Source: Phallusia mammillata (Eukaryota). From it: DNA of 64,000 nt. Shown here piece by piece: positions 59,701 to 64,000 of this stretch (positions are counted from its first letter, which is position 1; every line of letters starts with the position of its first letter). The translations under genes were made by a program, and so were the position numbers. The DNA lies in the NCBI GenBank assembly GCA_965637545.1, contig OZ281497.1, positions 14,260,001 through 14,324,000 on the forward strand, given 5' to 3'. Under the pieces are notes generated by a model. That model ran no database searches. It was not told where the DNA came from and saw only the letters and a program-made list of their open reading frames with translations.

Positions 59701-61654
59701 AATCATCGCTCCTGGCACAGACTCAGTATGTCAGCAATAGCACCAATCTTTATGATGACTGACGCCTAAACAGTACACTTGTATATGATTATTTCAAAAC
59801 GCCTTGGTTAGATGCACGTTTTATCAGCTGGCGTTACTTTATTGTAAAAATTGAATTAGTGGGTCAGGATAATGGGGGTTAGGGAGGTTTTGTGTAAAAA
59901 AATAACTGTCTATCTTGTCTATCTGGCCCTGCATTCAGTTTGAGGAACCTCATACAATAGGTAGTAGTACCATGTCGTTGACATTTCTCCCTTTTTCTGC
60001 TATTTCATTTGTGGTATCGCGACATGACGTATTTTTTGTGTGGCTAGCTTAGCATTATGACGCATGGACTGTACCAACTTCAGTCACACGTTATGCGTGG
60101 AACCTGTTTAACTAAATCTCGTTTACGGTATGTTGCACAGGTGCTTGCCAGTCTGCGACGTGTCAGAAACGACTTCATGATACTAACCAACCTTCCTCAA
60201 AACAGGTTAGGTTTGATCATGCTACTGTATCCTATGATCTAAGATATTATTCTGTCGGATAGGAAAACCGCATTTTTCAATTGAATTGAGCTATTGTTCA
60301 AAAACATGATCGAAAATATGAGTGTTACCGCCATAAAATTTTAGTCACCCATGAATGAACATGACCTACCTAAAATTCCATGACATAATCATTTAAATGT
60401 GAAATCCCTGATTAAACGGATATCATGTTTTTTGTCGGGCAATCTAATACTTTTTCCGTAGTTAATTTTGTAGTCTATAGTTGGCAGAACTTGACCATCC
60501 GTGACCCTCATTGACCCTGTTTAATCACATTCGTGACCTTGTTTAACCTTGTGCTCATGATCTATTATTGTTCAATCTCCAGTCGGCGGTCACCGGTGGG
60601 GCAGAGCAAACTCCCTCCGAGTCCGACCTTTAACTCGGCACCGCACTCAGGCACTGTCACTCCCGGCACAGAGGAGTTCATGCAACGCGCCAGCAATACA
60701 CTGGAAGAACTGGACTGGTGTCTGGATCAACTTGACACGGTGCAGACGCATCGTTCCGTCAGCGAAATGGCCTCGAATAAGGTGAGAATTTTTCCTTTTG
60801 TTACGCCTGTAGGCAGTATTTTCTGGATTATCCATGGAACGCAATAGACACATTGTTTGGCCTTAAAAATTTTCATTTTATGGCGCCTTTCTAGTAATAA
60901 TGTTGGCTTTGTGCCCATCAGTGAGTTCAATACATTTCGAAATAAAAATACTTTTTGCAGGTTCCTACGAGTTGGTTATATTAATTATTTGCTGTTTAAG
61001 CGCAGCTAATATCAATTATTGGCTGGTTTGATTGATTTGCAATATTAAAGAATACAACCCGGTAAATTACCAGGCTTGTATATATCTCGCGAACGTAAGA
61101 AATACCCGTAGGGTATTTTTTCATCACATAGATTTGCGTATTTACAATAGGGTGTTGTATGTCTTGATGCCATTATGTTTACCAATCTATATGCAAAGCA
61201 CATCGAAATCAGCATTCAAAATTACAACACTCCCTTCATCCGCACGATTTACGCGGTCATGTTTGGGTTTTTTAGGAAACGGTTTTCATGCTACATGAAA
61301 TTACACTTGCTTACATCCGAAAGCGTTCGTGACAGAATATAAGCAGATATGTTTTCCTGATTACTTGTGGTCTGCCAAATCATGCATAATGAGACATTTC
61401 AATTCGTGTCCCAACAAAACTGATGGTAAACGCCTGGTGAAAAAATCCCGAATTTAGCAACATATAAATATAATAAACATTCACTAAATCCATAATTGTT
61501 TGTATTTAGTGTATTTTAACGAATTATCTTTTGTTTATCCATTATATTGCTGACTTGCAGTTTAAAAGAATGTTGAACAAAGAGTTAAACCAGCTTTCGG
61601 GGACAAGTAAATCCGGCAACGAGGTGTCAGAATATATTTCCTCCACATTTTTAG
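38210..61654 (+). CDS. PDE4: cAMP-specific phosphodiesterase PDE4, 5' part (alternative first exons plus UCR1/UCR2); catalytic domain beyond the window
   Basis: Common exons 57290-57481 ([16 protein letters not shown]...[22 protein letters not shown]), 57621-57660 ([13 protein letters not shown]), 60141-60205 ([12 protein letters not shown]), 60583-60781 (...[28 protein letters not shown]) and 61561-61654 ([31 protein letters not shown]). GT-AG junctions with consistent phases. Confidence 0.97.
43700..44217 (+). CDS. PDE4: PDE4 alternative first exon, PDE4D3/PDE4B4-like
   Basis: 518 nt (phase 2), donor ATG|GTATGT. Splicing to 57290 gives [17 protein letters not shown], matching PDE4D3 FPFRRHSWIC-FDVDNG as recalled. 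Confidence 0.93.
47481..47488. promoter_or_regulatory. Full CRE palindrome TGACGTCA upstream of the PDE4 first exon at 47998
   Basis: Exact match ~510 bp upstream of the ATG. Confidence 0.5.
47998..48350 (+). CDS. PDE4: PDE4 alternative first exon (lineage-specific, Ser/Pro/Arg-rich)
   Basis: ATG-initiated ORF ending at the strong donor ACG|GTAAGC. 353 nt = phase 2, in frame with the common exon at 57290. Confidence 0.75.
48665..48702. promoter_or_regulatory. CRE cluster (TGACGTCA plus CACGTCA and TGATGTCA variants) upstream of the PDE4 first exon at 49325
   Basis: Exact TGACGTCA at 48665-48672 with two near-matches within 40 bp. Confidence 0.5.
49325..50385 (+). CDS. PDE4: PDE4 alternative first exon (353 aa, Ser/Arg-rich, lineage-specific)
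   Basis: Longest ORF in the window, ending exactly at the consensus donor TTG|GTAAGT. 1061 nt = phase 2, giving ...DKGLC-FDVENG. Confidence 0.82.
50615..51204 (-). mobile_element. Second, diverged Helentron/HINE-like element with ~157-bp tandem cores
   Basis: The reverse complement has the same layout as 4400-4938: units TTTTGGGGGCCTGTGGGTGAACC...TTTCTTGACCAAA (period 157-158), an A-tract, then ACAAAAACAATATGTGTCCCCTTCAGGAAAGGGGACCCATAAT. Confidence 0.75.
53106..53197 (+). CDS. PDE4: PDE4 short alternative first exon ([30 protein letters not shown])
   Basis: Not in the ORF track. ATG at 53106, consensus donor CAA|GTAAGT, 92 nt = phase 2. Confidence 0.7.
55615..55695. repeat. 9-bp microsatellite (GCAACCCAA)x8 plus one variant unit
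   Basis: Read directly from the sequence. It explains the spurious (WVA)n ORF. Confidence 0.97.
56659..56891 (+). CDS. PDE4: PDE4 proximal alternative first exon ([12 protein letters not shown]...)
   Basis: ATG in good context (ACGATGG). 233 nt = phase 2, with a weaker donor ACG|GTTAAG, 400 bp upstream of the common exon. Confidence 0.62.
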
Positions 61655-62172
61655 GTAAGTTGCATCGGTTGACAAATCGTTGGTTCAAGACTTCGCCAGT
61701 ATTTTTGCCACACAAGCAATAATACATAAAATATATATTTTTCGGTTACATTAACCTGCGCTATGGAGTAAATGAGTGGTATATGTTAGTTCAGTAGAAA
61801 TATATAAGGTTTTCATCCACGATGGGGCGCAAGAGATCAACAATAGAAAACATTTATCAAAACCAACCGATTTGGTATCAAATGAACACAGGGTCATGTT
61901 TGTTTTCTGAAATTGTGTTTTTTATGGGACAAACTGATATTTTGCGTACCTGTTATTGCGAACGGGACGGATACCGAAACATGAAATGCATCTGAAACTA
62001 TCGATAGTTTCAGTGATGACCAGCCACACCAGACGGACGGATGCATGGTTTCCCACACTAGTATGACGCACTTATCTGCTCTCTTGCGCGAGGAGACTGT
62101 CACCGCACTTCACACTTGCACGCTCACTCCTTGTCGTTCACGTCTTTACGTAGACACACACTACTTACAGCG

Positions 62173-62848
62173 TGACGTCATGTTTGTAGTGAGTGGCAAT
62201 CACGTGATATAACCAGCTGGTGCCGTAAGATATTCTGGTGATGGCCGACTGTGCCTGGGGGAACGCTGCCATTATTTTCCTCCGAACAGCATAAATTTAA
62301 CCTCAAGACAAATAAACCTGGCGTCTACCGGAGGATCGTTAAACCTTGAATAGTGGTTACCTGTGATTTGCATCTTACCTATAAACTAAGGCCCGGCACA
62401 CCTCAATGCAAGTACACATCGCGTTGGAGTGCAGTGGGCGGTTGTGTGAATAGTCTGTGTGGAAAGTAAAATCAACAATGGCGTGTTAACTGTGACATGG
62501 GAACGTGCTCTTGCCGATAAGCACAAGATAGCTGAATTTTGCCTAAACGCTGTTCATGTGTACACGGAAGCTTTTCATAGCACTGGTTTCATATATTGTT
62601 TTATTGAATAGAGCTGATAGAAAACCCAAATTAAAAATAACAAACCATAAAAATAACATCGCTGCCAACAACCTCAGAGAGCAACGAAGATAGCGTGGCT
62701 GCCAATCTCTTCCGGGAGAAGTATATAGGCAAAGATATTTTGGAATGCTGATTGTTTAAAATAGGATCGGTTTTGTACTGGCTGTGAGTGGGCGCGTCAG
62801 ACCTCCGCACAATGCCGAAATGTTTCGAAACAGACCGCTCTGACGTCA
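62173..62848. promoter_or_regulatory. Two full CREs (62173-62180, 62841-62848) in the PDE4 intron following the UCR2 exon
   Basis: Exact TGACGTCA matches, with a CACGTG E-box at ~62201. Confidence 0.45.
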
Positions 62849-64000
62849 ATGAAACCTTGCTAGGCATTCATGCTGGTGTGGACAAAAAGATTATTCAACT
62901 AAAGGGGCGTGCCATAGCATGAACCCCAAGCAACAATGAATGGTTCAGCGTTGACTTACTGCCCTAGCTGGCGCTTTACTATACGTCTCACGAGAAAAAT
63001 GATGTTGGTTTCTAAATTTATTTCGCGTCATCATCTTTCAAACGGACTCCATGAGAGCCTAATAAGTTCCCCTTTTGTCTATGATCTCTCTGTAACCCAC
63101 TTGCCTATGTATATGATGATTTGAATGTGTCACAATGTAGGTAAAATTTGGTGACGCGGTTATGAAGAGGTTGACTACATCCTGCGTATTTCTGAAGTGA
63201 AGCGCTTAACTGCAGCTGCGCAAATAAGCGTTAAATAAATAATTTCCAACAAAGCCGCAACAGTTAAGAGAATGAGATAATAATCGTTTAAAACTTTTTC
63301 CGAATGAGCAACAGCTTTAGCTTAAAACACCATAAAACAAAACCGTTGCCTGCACTTAATGCGAAATTCGAGTGTTTGTTTTGACATTCTGTTTACATGA
63401 TAACGTGGCTTACTGTCCGCAACCATAATTGCGACCAGCGCTTTATGTGATAAACGCGTTGTACCCTTTAGGCCACTTTGTTATGACAATATTGTAGCAC
63501 TCCGATGTTTGGCGCTTGTTCCTACTCCCAGTAACGCAAAAAAGGCAGTGAACTTTCCAGTGACGTTTTAGGATCACGCACCAGTACAGTTCAAACTAAT
63601 CCCAATACAAATCGATTTTAAATTAGGAGCTTAAGGTCGAGAAACAATTTGTGAAGCAAGCCGCTTGTGACAGTTTAACAAACTTATTCAAGGCTGGGAC
63701 TTTCAAGCGATGACCGCAGATGGATTATTAAACTTACATTCTCGCTGCGTTATCACAAAACCCTCCTCGGTCATTTTGACATTAACCTTAAGTGAGAAAC
63801 TAATGCACGGAATGTTTTGGAACATTTGCACTGGTTCAAGGCGCTTGTCTAACGACCACTTTTATCACGCTTTTCTCATTGACCACATAAAATTCGATAG
63901 CGGTTTGCGCACAGCTACCATGACGCATGTACCATGCATCAGTCAAGCCAATTTTCGATAGTGTTGGCGATAGGTGATTTGTCAGTGAAACAATAATAAA

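Overview
This is AT-rich eukaryotic genomic DNA with short GT-AG introns. It is probably an invertebrate chordate such as an ascidian; this is inferred from vertebrate-like intron positions in ASF1 and PDE4 combined with compact introns. Left to right it contains: (1) a minus-strand gene with at least 21 coding exons (13379 to <1, at least 1398 aa, running off the window) encoding a secreted mosaic protein, SP-ShKT-TSP1-LDLa-ricin(CysR)-TSP1-CTL(N-part)-kringle-ricin x3-kringle-CTL(C-part)-kringle-CCP-CCP; (2) ASF1 head-to-head with it; (3) TRAPPC13 tail-to-tail with ASF1; (4) an unassigned coiled-coil gene; (5) the 5' half of a PDE4 cAMP phosphodiesterase gene with at least six phase-2 alternative first exons over 19 kb, two carrying the vertebrate PDE4D5-type (RRFTVA) and PDE4D3-type (RRHSWIC) signatures, followed by the UCR1/UCR2 exons. 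The catalytic domain lies beyond the window. Interspersed repeats include Tc1/mariner-type and hAT MITEs, Helentron-like elements with 157-bp tandem cores, Penelope and Gypsy fragments, a foldback with a degenerate hammerhead-like motif and a 9-bp microsatellite. The most novel-looking item is the mosaic protein, whose C-type lectin domain appears split by a ~665-aa insertion. All exon models were spliced and translated by hand; no database searches were run. No rRNA, tRNA or CRISPR array was found.
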